Positions 36,363-47,551 of a stretch of DNA of 64,000 nucleotides are shown piece by piece. Location of the stretch: contig RHPI01002438.1 in the NCBI GenBank assembly GCA_009103225.1, forward strand, positions 1,184,755 through 1,248,754, read 5' to 3'. Position numbers and translations under genes: made by a program. Below the pieces are notes generated by a model. The model saw only the letters and a program-made list of their open reading frames with translations, made no database searches and was not told the DNA's origin. Each line of letters starts with the position of its first letter. Position 1 is the stretch's first letter. The DNA is from Chlorokybus atmophyticus. Lineage: Eukaryota; Plantae; Mesostigma and Chlorokybus algae.

Positions 36363-39300
36363 ATGAGCAGGCCCACCCCGTTCTCCCCAATAGACGAGGG
36401 TGACCTCGGCAGTTGGAGCCCAACCACCAACCTCACCTACGAGCGGACCAGTGACGGAAGCATCGACCGCAGCAGCAGAGGCTCGCGCTCCATCTCCAGC
36501 TTCACCCCGCTCCACTCTACTCCTCGTCATCCAGCTTCTCCACTATCATCGGACAGCGACGACAACGAGATGGAATCTTCCAGTTCAACCACATCCCTGC
36601 GCTTCTCCGGACGTGCCGGCACCACCTCGCTGGATGAGTTCATCATCAAGTTCCACTCCAAGATGCGGCAGCAAGCACTGAAGAACAAAGACTGGTCAGA
36701 TGAGATCTCTTTCCACATTGCTGCTCAGTATCTTGATCATGAAGCACACGATGTCTGGAAGTCCGTTGCTGAACTGCATCGAGTAGACGGCTATGGCGAG
36801 CTTGCCAGCACCATAGCATCTGCATCCCTGCACCGTCCAGCAGGTGTCGTTCCACCTGCCACTTCAGTTGCAGTAACAGGCTTGACCATAGCTGCAGCTC
36901 TCAAGCAGGCAGAGGAGGAGGAACCAGAGTTGGTACTTGTCAACTTGACCCCTGCAGAAGTTGAGTCCAAGGAGGCCACACGTCGAGTCCGCATCCTTGA
37001 CCGTTCTGCCATCATCATTGAGGAACAAAGAGCTGTACAGCAAGCGGCAGCAGCAGAGTGGGGTACTCCTCTACCTCCAGCAACACCTGGCTCTCGTGCA
37101 GGAGGCAGCGCTTTCACCCTCGGGTCAGTAGCACTGCGCGCACCAGCCATCACCGTAGGTGCTGCCATCTCTGATTCTCCACTCAAGGACCTGCACGCTG
37201 CCCTGCGCCGTACCTTCCCTCCTCAGACCACCAGCAAGGTTGAGGAACTGAGACGCTTCCGACGCAAGCCCAATGAGGATCCCCTCCGCTTTTACTCCAG
37301 ACTGGAAGGTCTGCTGAAGGACACTGACTACAAGATTGTCAGTGAGGAGGCTGCTGCAGTGATATACGTCAATGAGTTGGATGCTGCTCTGAGCGAGTCG
37401 ACACGCCTGACTCTGAACTACAGTAGGCCCCTTGGCTACACCCTCAAAGAAGCCTTCGAGACTGCACAAGCCATCCACAAGCGCTTGGTGTATGAGAAGG
37501 CAGTGCTGGACACCAACCGCAGCGCCGTACGGCCTGTAGTCAGCACGACAACTGAGCCTCCTGGCCGCGACCGTGGCCGGGACGCTCCACCAGCACGCGA
37601 CAAAGGGAAACGGTCAGCTCATGCTGCACTTACTGCCCCGGTGCTGTGTCATCGCTGTGGACGGCATGGGCACTACAAAAAGGAGTGCACCGAAGAATAC
37701 TCAACTTTGGTTTGCGACCACTGTCACAAGACTGGTCATTTGGAGTCAGTCTGCTGGCTCAAGTTCCCAGAGTTGAGGCCCGCCAACAGCTACAACCACA
37801 ACTACCCCGGTGGCTACATCAGCAACAGCACTGGAGGCCACCCTGGCAACAACTTCAGTGGCTACAACAGCAACAACACTGGGGGCTGTTGACATACACA
37901 CGTGCAAGTGACACGCCAACAACATCAACACAGGAGCATGACTGCTACTGCCGCCATAGCATCCGCACACATGCTACATCGTGACCTCTTATCTTCATTG
38001 CAACAAGTCTGGGCTTTATACCCCGCCAGTCTCTACACACGTCTACATTGGCAAGCACCGCGTGCGCTATACTCAGCCGATTGCTGTTCTGTAAGCTACG
38101 CTGTCTAGCTCACAACCAGAGCTTTCCAACAAGCTAAGCCACGCCTGCTAAGCTTACGTATTCACGAAGCTACGCGATTTCTCCCAAGGCTCTACCAAGC
38201 AGCCTGGTCCGGAGTCCGTCACGACTCGACCGTCTTGCTAAGTCTGGAGCCCACGCGCTTCTTCCTGGTACCTTCGACCCTCGACTCCTGTATGAAGGGC
38301 AAGCTAACCGGATACAAGCATCACCCATGTAATACCTTCAACACTCCCACGCGGGCAGCTTGTCCTTCAACATCAGCTCCTCCATTACTCACGCACACCG
38401 CTTGCTCTCACGCAAGCCTTCACCTTTTTTCTTACGCCTCCATGCTTCTCATGGATGACCTTGAAGTGATTCACTTCCACAGCAACTCGAGCCTCATGGT
38501 TGACCACCAACCTTGCTCCTTGCTGTACATACATGTTGCCTTCATGCACCCGCTGCATCTGTCCTCGTTGATAGTGCCTCCGCCGCTGGTATCAGCCCAT
38601 GACTCCTCTAGTCAACTTGCTTTCCACCACTTGCAGCTCCCACGGGCTCCGCAATCGCAACCTACTTGTGCCTCCTTGTTACTCATGACCTTGTGGTATC
38701 TTGCAACTCCATCCTCAACCACCCTTGTCAATGCAGCAACCTTGCGCACACCATGGCCATCTTCATGTCCACGTCCACATGCTTCTGCGTATAGCCTCCA
38801 AGCTTCACTCCTCTAGGATGCTCCATGTCCAGCTTCCAAGTGATCACGCTTCCAGGATGCTCATCTCGCTTCCTCGCATGCACCTTCAGCCAAGCACTCC
38901 ACATGCTTCAACCAAAGTACCAAGCACTTTACCGTGCTTCACCAAGGACTGCCCTCGCTCCCCTTCTCGGAAGGTCCATCAAACACTCCACCGTGCTCGA
39001 CCTCAAGGGTTGCCATTTGCTCCCCTTCCTTCCACCAAGCACATCAACGTGCTTACCACGGGTTGCCTCTCGCATTCCTCAAAGCGCTTTACCACGCTCC
39101 ACCAAGTATTCCTCACACTCAGCAACACGAGCTGACATCTTCAGCTCCCACGTATCAAGAACGCCTCCTCTTCCAAGTACTTCACGTACTCTTCTTCAGT
39201 CACCAGGAGATCTCCATCATCTCCTCCTCTTGGTCCATGTACTTCCGCATCTCCTTGTGGGCCAGTAGTAGCTCCATCTTCACACTCCAAGTGTTGTAGT

Positions 39301-40871
39301 CGTCAACGTCCAGTAGTCCAATTGCAATCTTCAAGCTGTCCATGCTGGTGGCCTTGGTTGGTTGCCCTCTCTGCTCACAGACCTCACAACCCCACACTAC
39401 CACAAAGCAACTACAGCTACACATACAATTGTAACACACTCCATCAACCTACACAAGCATGTGTGGGCCCATAACCTGTTGACATACACACGTGCAAGTG
39501 ACACGCCAACAACATCAATACAGGAGCATGACTGCTACTGCCGCCATAGCATCCGCACACATGCTACATCGTGACCTCTTATCTTCATTGCAACAAGTCT
39601 GGGCTTTATACCCCGCCAGTCTCTACACACGTCTACATTGGCAAGCACCGCGTGCGCTATACTCAGCCGATTGCTGTTCTGTAAGCTACGCTGTCTAGCT
39701 CACAACCAGAGCTTTCCAACAAGCTAAGCCACGCCTGCTAAGCTTACGTATTCACAAAGCTACGCGATTTCTCCCAAGGCTCTACCAAGCAGCCTGGTCC
39801 GGAGTCCGTCATGACTCGACCGTCTTGCTAAGTCTGGAGCCCACGCGCTTCTTCCTGGTACCTTCGACCCTCGACTCTTGTATGAAGGGCAAGCTGACCG
39901 GATACAAGCATCACCCATGTAATACCTTCAACAGGGGCCACACTGGCAACCACTTCAGTGGCTACAATAGCAACAACACTGGAGCCCACAACAGCAACAA
40001 CCCTGGTGGCAGTAACAACAACAACAACGCCAGTGTTCGCAAGGAAGAGCAAGGCTACAGGGGGAAGAACAGACCTCCTCAGCGTAAGGGACCAGAGGCA
40101 CGTCCGCGCGCTGCTGCTGTTGCCGCCAAGGCTTCAGCCAACCCACCAGCTGATGACTATATGGCAGCCCTCATGGCGCGTATGGCGCGCTTGGAGGAAG
40201 ACAAGGAGCAGGACTACCGCGCCTGCTACGCTGCCCGATGGGCGCTGATGGCTGCAAAACGCGAGAGAGACAGGAACACTTCGTCTCGCGTGCAACCATC
40301 ACGACGAGCACGAGGGGAAGCTGCAACAACATCAGCAGGCACCTCCTCCGAAGCCACCAGTGGTGCTGCCTCCGCAGCAACAGCCACACCGGCTACAACG
40401 TCGACTCCACCAACATCAGCAGTACCCACTCCAGTTGCACCACAACCTGGTACACCGGTGGGCACCGTGACGCCGACGCTGGTGAGCACACTGGCAGCAG
40501 CCGCCATCTCTACCGAATCTGCACCAGTGGGCGGTGCACTTCCCACTGCAGCAGTGCCTCTGTCCGTAGGCGTTGAGACAACTCTCGCACCACCGACCGA
40601 TACCGTCGCAACTGCCACAATGGCCATCGTCGAGCCCGCTGTCTCTGCAGCGACGCGCGCAGCCACTCTGCGCGCTCTCGACGTCACTCAGGCTGTCCCA
40701 ACTGGTCAGCAAGCTGAGCGAGCATGGGAAACCATCCTGCGCGGAGCAGACCCCACTACCATCGCCTTCGGTCGGGGGGGGGGGAGCGCACCACGCGTGT
40801 CGCCCGCGATGATCGCGTCTTCCCGCTACCAGAGGTTCACATCCTTCCAGCACTCACTCAACACCAGTTAG
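36363..40871 (+). pseudogene. gag: gag of element B, interrupted by a mini-copia (37887-39933)
   Basis: The 509-aa ORF with knuckles CHRCGRHGHYKKECT and CDHCHKTGHLESVC continues in the same frame after the 2052-nt insertion. Confidence 0.92.
37887..39933 (-). mobile_element. Non-autonomous Ty1/copia-type LTR element (2047 bp, 457-bp LTRs, 5-bp TSD GGGGC)
   Basis: LTRs 37887-38343 and 39477-39933 (TGTTG..CAACA, about 5 transitions apart). PBS GGTTATGGGCCCA (39464-39476, minus) is the half-tRNAiMet type. Copia gag N-terminus LDVDDYNTWSVKMELLL. Confidence 0.93.
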
Positions 40872-42095
40872 AAGATGAGATCCTTGCTGGCACTGCACCT
40901 CCGATGCGTGACAGGGTGTTTTTGATCAGCTACAGCCCACCTGTAGTGTTGGAGTTGGCCCTGCAGCTGTTCTGGGCGTTGCACAACAACATGCAGACCG
41001 CCCCGCGCCAGCCTGCACGCATGCCGACCACCACCTTTGAACCCAGCCCGCTGAACACTTATCGGGAACGCCGAGACGCCGTCCAGCAGCGCATCGCAGA
41101 CGCAGCCGACCTGCCTTTGGGCACTGATGAAGCACTCGGACCTCCTACAACCGCTCGCCTTCATCAGCGCTACCACGCACTGAAACAAGCATATCATTGG
41201 CGACAGGATCAGGCTGTCGCCATTACTGCACGTGAACAAGCTCTTGAAGCTACACGTGCACCAATACCTCAGTCACCAACTGCTGGTCCATCCTCCAGCA
41301 CCACGCCGCTCTGCGTCGAGACCAACTCTAACCAAGCGAGGGCGTTGGCTCAACAAACCAGGGGGGTGATCGCCCCGTTGCTGCCTGCGCTGGTGGAGGA
41401 TCTACCTGAGGACCAAAGGGAGCCAGGGAGGGGCTACCTCACACCACAAGGGTGTACACAAAGAGATGGAGCAGGACTGGTTGGAGAGCAACAACTACGC
41501 ACTGCTCTGTTGCGACAAGCAACCATGCTGCATCGGCAAGAAGGCATCGGACTTCGGCAGATGCTTAGGATGCGAGACAATGGCAACGCGGCACGCGCAC
41601 GGTTAGTGACGTGGCTGGTCACCAACCATCCCGCAGTCCCGTTGTTCGCTTTCGGCGCCAGAATAGCGTGGGTGGACGCATTCCTTCGCTCCATACGGCA
41701 AGCCTATGATGAAGTGGCTTCCGCCGCCACTGACACTCTGGAGGGAGCTCTGGAGGCGATACTGAGTTTGCTAGGAGTGGAGGCAGGGCGTCAGCGCAAG
41801 CGCATCGCCGCTGCTTACGAGCAGCATGTCCAACAGCCAGAGACTCGCCTCACTGTACGCACACGAGCAATAACAGTGCTGGAAGTGGGAGTGGTCAACG
41901 GCAGATGGGTTGCTTACATGGCAGGGATCCTCAGGGTGCCCACCATCACCCACGACATGAGAGCGCGGCTCCTACGCGCAGTGTACCTGCAGCCCATGCC
42001 TCAGAACCATCGCTATATAGATGTGGACAACAATGCGACGGCTACATGGGAAGATACACTAGTCAGAGAGGCAGCCCATGCTGTGCGATGGACCT
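40724..42095 (+). CDS. Element B accessory region with a conserved domain of unknown function
   Basis: Long open frame. EPGRGYL..GEQQLRTALL..TNHPAVPLF..AFLRSIRQAYD..GRW..RVPTI..LLRAVYLQPMPQ..ATWEDTLVREAAHA is homologous to C 18341-19300. Confidence 0.75.
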
Positions 42096-42254
42096 ATAGC
42101 AGAGGAGCAGGCTGCACGAGAGGCAGTCCCGCAAACACCAGGTCCTCCAGGGTTCCCGCCACAGCCACTGGCCACTCCCCCTGGCATGACAACAGCTGCA
42201 CAGAGGGTCAACCCTCCTGCACCTCCACTTGGATAGGTTGCAGCAGCACCTCCA

Positions 42255-43079
42255 GTGCCTAGGCCACCGCGCGTGTACCAGCAACCGCGACAAGGACGGT
42301 TTGGACAAAGCCGAGGACAAGGAGGCCCACAAGATCCATCAGGCAGAGGAGCCCAGGCTACCCTACGGTCAGGCCCCGCAGATGAGAGTAAAGCAACAGT
42401 CTCTCCACGCAAGAGGTTCCGTCGCTTCAAGAGGCTGCGCATCAACGCCAATGCAGCCATGATCGCCAACCAAGGCAAGCACGTGACCGTCAATGGGCGG
42501 GCACCCAAACGCGTGATGCTGGACACTGGAGCACAGCCTGTCATCATTGGGCGCTACCTCGCACGAGATCTCGGCATCACCAGCGCTGAGCTGCTTCCCT
42601 GTCCCTATCAGCTGGACACCGCAACCGGCAACCGTGACAAGGTACTCGGCCTTACCAAGCAGGCTGTGAGCATCCGCCTCACCGGACTAAACCCTTCCCA
42701 CAGCACCGAGATTGTACAAAGGTGTGTGGTCACCGATGCCGGGTCCTTTGACCTACTGTTGGGACAGGACTGCAACTTCCCTGTCGGCATGGGGCTGGAC
42801 TGCTGGACTGAGCAGGCATGGTTTCGACCACATTGGGATGAGGATGATGGAGAGGAGCAGGGATTCCTACCTCTCGAACTGGTGGCCAAGGCCCGCTCGC
42901 AACGAAGATCGGCCGCAGCAGCCACCTACAGTTCTACAAAACGCTCACGTGTGCCTCGTGCCCGAACGCAGCCAAGGACAACTGCAACAAGCTCGAGCCC
43001 GAGCCTAAACGCTGAAGGGGACTCTCCTACACCGTACGATGAGTCTCAGGAAAATGTCACCAAAGAAGTGGCCTTTTAG
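42255..43079 (+). pseudogene. Element B aspartic protease (in frame with MTase and RT across premature stops)
   Basis: RVMLDTGAQPVIIG..VVTDAGSFDLLLGQD. ORFs starting at 42255, 43215 and 44472 share one frame, with stops at 43077, ~43190 and 44418. Confidence 0.88.
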
Positions 43080-43214
43080 GAGCCATCCGAGCGTCGCTGG
43101 AGCGCACAAGTAGCAGCACACATGCTACTGACCAGGCCTCAGCTCACTGCACACTTCCCTGTCTATAAAGACCAGGCTACAGTGCAGGAGTAGTACCACA
43201 TAGCTACGGGAGTT

Positions 43215-44420
43215 GTGGAGTTCCACATGTTCCGTCGACAACAAGGCATCACCGTGCTGGAGCTGTTCGGAGGCATAGGTAGTGGGCTTGCGGCTGTCCT
43301 CAACACAGGAACAACAGTCACCAAGTACCTCTACTGTGACCCTGACCCTCATGCACAGGAGGCTCTAAGCCATCATTTACGACAGCTGCACCAGCGTTAC
43401 CCGCAGCAGCTACCACTGTCGGCGCTGCAAGGGAGCCAGAAGGCTCTACCACAGGACATCCGCTGGATTACCAAGGATCACCTACAGGCAGTCGGCAACA
43501 TTGACCTGCTGATAGCAGGATGGGAGTGTCAAGGGCACTCCAGGGCAGGCAGAGGCCACGGGCTCTCTGATCCTCGCTCACAGCTGTTCTGGGAGCTAAT
43601 GAGAGTCATCAAACTCCTGCAGGCCAGTCAGATCGCTAGGCCCTTCGGGTACATCATCGAGAATGTGCACTCCGAGGATGACAAGCGGCTTCACGTCGCC
43701 AAGGCCTATCGGCAAGTATGCTCCTTGCTGGGGCATCCTCTCAAAATCAACGCCGCACGTCATGGCTCTCGTGCACACCGCGTCCGCGCCAAGTGGACCA
43801 ACCTGGCCATTGTGGAAGACCTGTTTTTGGCAGAGTACCTATACAGCAATCGGCCACGAAATCTCGTCGTCGATGACATCCTGGACCTTGGACGCACAGC
43901 GCAACCAGTCACACGCCTTGACCACCACCACTTCTATCAGTGCAACCAGCCTGGTCAGCCGCGCCGCGCACTACCCACGCTTGTATCCTACCCAGGCTCC
44001 TACGCGTTCCGCAATGGAGGCGACGGCATGGTGTTGGACTCCAACACTGGACAACTGGAAGAACCCAATGCCCGCGAGCGCGAGCGTGCTATGGGATTCT
44101 TTCCAGGCAGCATCACAGGCTCCACGCTGACAACCAGTCAACAGTGTCAGTTGTTAGGGCGCGCCATGGATCAGAACAGCATGGTGTGGTACTTGGAAAT
44201 GTGCTTTGCTCTCCAGGACCGCCATGTGTCTTTCCAGGAGCTCGAACACCTGGCTGGGGGGTGGATTGCCCGCTTTTCAGAGACCAAAGCAGCACACACC
44301 GCCCTCGAGACCGCCCACATGGAGGAGCAGGCAGCAGTCATCGTGGAAGACATTCCAGTGGTCGCCAACGCTACCTCATGGTCCCACGCCATTGGACCGC
44401 TGGCCACAGGCCAGACTTGA
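43215..44420 (+). CDS. Element B C5 cytosine DNA methyltransferase domain
   Basis: Motif I VLELFGGIGSG; IV LLIAGWECQGHSRAG; VI YIIENV; VIII RVRAKWTNL; IX EEPNARERERAMGF; X QLLGRAMDQN. Confidence 0.92.
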   Translation: MEFHMFRRQQGITVLELFGGIGSGLAAVLNTGTTVTKYLYCDPDPHAQEALSHHLRQLHQRYPQQLPLSALQGSQKALPQDIRWITKDHLQAVGNIDLLIAGWECQGHSRAGRGHGLSDPRSQLFWELMRVIKLLQASQIARPFGYIIENVHSEDDKRLHVAKAYRQVCSLLGHPLKINAARHGSRAHRVRAKWTNLAIVEDLFLAEYLYSNRPRNLVVDDILDLGRTAQPVTRLDHHHFYQCNQPGQPRRALPTLVSYPGSYAFRNGGDGMVLDSNTGQLEEPNARERERAMGFFPGSITGSTLTTSQQCQLLGRAMDQNSMVWYLEMCFALQDRHVSFQELEHLAGGWIARFSETKAAHTALETAHMEEQAAVIVEDIPVVANATSWSHAIGPLATGQT

Positions 44421-44471
44421 GAGCAACTCGAGGCTCTCCTCAACAGGTGGAGGAGCCAATTCAGCTTCAGT

Positions 44472-47400
44472 GTGAAGGAGCTGGGCATATGCTCGGCATA
44501 CCAGATGGACATTGAACTAGTGGATACCGAACCGGTGTTCAGAAGACAGTATCGCCTCTCCAAGCTAGAAGAAGACTTGGTGGAACAGAGGTGCAAGGCG
44601 CTGCTAGATGCAGGCCTGATCGAGGAGTCCACATCGGACTTTGCGGCCGCGACCGTCATGCCCCTGAAGAAAGATTCAGCAGGCAACTGGACAGACCGGC
44701 GCATGTGTGGCGACTATCGCCCCCTCAACAACAAGACCAAGCAGGACAGGTATCCAATGCCTACCGCAGAAGGCATCTTTGACGATGTAGGAGAATGCAC
44801 GGTCTTTAGTATTTTGGATATGCGCCAAGGGTACAACCAGATCGCCATCAAGGAGGAGGATAAGCACAAGACTTCCTTCTGGGGAAACCGGCAGCTGTAC
44901 CAGTGGAAGGTCATGCCCTTCGGACTGAAGAACGCTCTGGCCAAGTTCCAGCGCGTCATGGACAAAGCCCTCAAGGGGTTGGACTTCGCGCGCTGCTACA
45001 TCGACGACATCCTCATCTTCAGTCACAGCAATGAGGAGCATCTCCAGCACATCGAAGAGGTGCTACAGAGGCTGAAGGAAGTCGGGATGACGGTGCACCC
45101 TGACAAGTGCACCTTCTTCACCCGCAAGGTACCTTACCTAGGACACATGATTGTGCCCCATGGTGTGTACGTACAGCAGGCCAAAGTGGAGGCCCTGGTG
45201 GCTATCCCTGCCCCCACAGACCTCACGCGGCTGCGGGCCTTCCTCGGCCTTGCCAACTATTACCGCCGATTTGTCAAAGACTTTGCCAAGATCGCAAGGC
45301 CTCTCAACGAACTACTGAAGAAGGACACCGAGTTCTTGTGGAAGGAGGCACAACAGGAGGCCTTTCAGGAGCTGAAGCTCCGCCTCACCACAGCTCCCAT
45401 TCTGCAACGCCCTGACTACACCAGGTCGTTCATCCTGCACACAGACTGGAGCAAGCTCGGCATGGGGGCCGTGCTCGTACAGCACGACAACAACAAGAAG
45501 GAGCGCGTAGTGTCGTACGCCAGCCGCAGCAACAACAGTGCTGAGGCCAACTACAGCAGCTACGAAGGGGAGTGTCTCGCCGCAGTGTGGGCCATCTCCT
45601 TCTTCCGACCCTTCCTGTTTGGACGGCAGTTCCAACTGGTCACTGACCATCAACCCCTCAAGTGGCTAATGAACAACCAGCACTTGACAGGAAAGTTAGC
45701 ACGATGGGCGCTGCTGCTCCAGGAGTACGACTTCGAGGTGGAACACCGCGCAGGCCTTGCCAACCAGGATGCGGATGGCCTCAGCCGTAACCCCCACCTC
45801 AGCACCAACGACGCCACAGGCGCCCGACATGAGTTGGGTCCCACAGCTGCACCTTCAGGTGTGGCCACCATGTTTGCTGTCGCTGCGCTACGCTCGAGAC
45901 GCAGGACTCAGACCGCTGAGGCAGCAGCAGACGGGGACATGCCCGCTCTCGAGCCCGCCATCACCACCACCGATCCTTTATCAGAAGAAGCAATCGCTGC
46001 CGACCCTGAGGTGGATGATGAGGAGCTGGCACCCACCGACACACGACAAGACATCTGGCTGGACGAGCCATCGCTCGCACTGCTTCAGACTGGACAACTT
46101 CCAGCAGGCATGAGCGCACGCGAGAAGGACCGCGTCCGGCAACGCACTCAGCGTTACCGCTGGGCCAACGACAGGCTGTATCGACGGATACAAGATGCAG
46201 ATCAGGAGGTCCCCACACCAGCTGCACGTGAAGGCATCATCTCCTCCCTTCACACCGAGCTCGGGCACTTCGGTGTCAAGCGCACGGTCAGCCTGGTCAG
46301 GACCCAGTACTGGTGGTATGGGGTGCACAGACAGGTGCGGGAGTTCGTCAGCAACTGTCAGCAGTGTGACATGGTTCGCGCCAGCCTCAACACGCGCAAT
46401 GCCACCTTGCATCCCCTTCCCATTTCCGGGTTGTTCTACCGCTGGGGACTGGACATCCTCGGAGACCTAGCGCCCTCAGCGCGAGGCAACCGCTACATCC
46501 TCGTCATGATCGAGCACTTCTCCAAGTGGGTGGAGCTGGTGCCCCTGCCCGACAAGAGCAGTGAGGGAGTAGCCCAGGCTTTCCTCTCCCATGTACTCGG
46601 ACGCTTCGGCAGCTGCGCTGAAGTCATCACCGACCAGGGTACGGAGTTCAGAGGAGCCTTCGACAAGCTTATCGACAGATGCTTCATCGACCACCGTCGC
46701 ACCTCACGCGACCACCCGCAGGCCGACGGCCTCGCCGAGCGTACCGTGCAGACCATCAAGAAGGCACTGCGCAAGTACGTCCTCGCCTACGAGAAGAATA
46801 CCTGGGATGATCACCTCCCATGGGTAGCAATGGGCTACCGGCTGTCCAAGCAGGCAGCCCTGCGAGAGTACAGCCCATACTATCTACTGTTCGGAAGGCA
46901 GCCATTGCTCCCTTTCCGCGCACAGCAGGAGGTCGACAGAGTGGTGGACAATCTCGACAACCCCGACGAGATGTTGTATGATCTGACAGTGCGCAGTGCG
47001 CTGTTCGAACACACAGTCCCCATGGCCTTCAACAACCTGCGCATCGCGCAGCACCGCGACACGCTGCGTTACGAGCGTGTGCGCAGTGGTTTCTACAAGG
47101 AGCGGGAGCGCCGCTTCGAGTCAGGAGACTTCGTCTACCGTATGGCGTCTACACGCGACACCCTCGATACCTCCGTCGGGCGTGCTATCTACAAGGTATT
47201 GAAGGTGCACCCCACCGGGGTACTGGACCTGTTAGGACAACGAGGCGAGCGCATGAAGGACAACATGGTCAACTGTGCGCCCTGTTATCTCCCCTACATT
47301 GCTGGCTTCACCAAGATCCAGCACCCGCGTCCCCTGCGCAGCACCCGATGCGAGAAGTGTGGCAGCGCCGACGACGACCCATTGATGATGTTATGCGACG

Positions 47401-47513
47401 GCTGTAATCAAGGCATGCACTGCTACTGCCTTGACCCTCCACTGGACGCAGTACCCTTGTGGGAGTACTGGTGCGATGACTGCCGCATCAACGGACCCCC
47501 ACACAGTCGGTAG
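44472..47513 (+). CDS. pol: Element B RT - RNase H - rve integrase - PHD finger (uninterrupted 1013-aa frame)
   Basis: RMCGDYRPLN, CYIDDIL, LHTDWSK; HTELGHFG..CQQC; WGLDILG, ITDQGTEF, GLAERTV (D,D-35-E); PHD CEKC..MLCDGC..MHCYCLDPPL..WCDDC. Confidence 0.96.
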   Translation: MKELGICSAYQMDIELVDTEPVFRRQYRLSKLEEDLVEQRCKALLDAGLIEESTSDFAAATVMPLKKDSAGNWTDRRMCGDYRPLNNKTKQDRYPMPTAEGIFDDVGECTVFSILDMRQGYNQIAIKEEDKHKTSFWGNRQLYQWKVMPFGLKNALAKFQRVMDKALKGLDFARCYIDDILIFSHSNEEHLQHIEEVLQRLKEVGMTVHPDKCTFFTRKVPYLGHMIVPHGVYVQQAKVEALVAIPAPTDLTRLRAFLGLANYYRRFVKDFAKIARPLNELLKKDTEFLWKEAQQEAFQELKLRLTTAPILQRPDYTRSFILHTDWSKLGMGAVLVQHDNNKKERVVSYASRSNNSAEANYSSYEGECLAAVWAISFFRPFLFGRQFQLVTDHQPLKWLMNNQHLTGKLARWALLLQEYDFEVEHRAGLANQDADGLSRNPHLSTNDATGARHELGPTAAPSGVATMFAVAALRSRRRTQTAEAAADGDMPALEPAITTTDPLSEEAIAADPEVDDEELAPTDTRQDIWLDEPSLALLQTGQLPAGMSAREKDRVRQRTQRYRWANDRLYRRIQDADQEVPTPAAREGIISSLHTELGHFGVKRTVSLVRTQYWWYGVHRQVREFVSNCQQCDMVRASLNTRNATLHPLPISGLFYRWGLDILGDLAPSARGNRYILVMIEHFSKWVELVPLPDKSSEGVAQAFLSHVLGRFGSCAEVITDQGTEFRGAFDKLIDRCFIDHRRTSRDHPQADGLAERTVQTIKKALRKYVLAYEKNTWDDHLPWVAMGYRLSKQAALREYSPYYLLFGRQPLLPFRAQQEVDRVVDNLDNPDEMLYDLTVRSALFEHTVPMAFNNLRIAQHRDTLRYERVRSGFYKERERRFESGDFVYRMASTRDTLDTSVGRAIYKVLKVHPTGVLDLLGQRGERMKDNMVNCAPCYLPYIAGFTKIQHPRPLRSTRCEKCGSADDDPLMMLCDGCNQGMHCYCLDPPLDAVPLWEYWCDDCRINGPPHSR

Positions 47514-47551
47514 GAACTGAGTTCTGGAGCAGAGGGCTACCCCAGAATCTC

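Noticed and set aside
40770-40790. G run near the gag/accessory ORF overlap as a programmed -1 frameshift
   Set aside because: A homopolymer indel explains it equally well, a second shift near 42095 restores the frame, and no equivalent could be aligned in C.
43215-44420. Bacterial contamination or a restriction-modification system suggested by the C5 MTase
   Set aside because: The MTase is in frame with gypsy PR and RT inside TSD-flanked elements, recurs in three families, and has no partner endonuclease.
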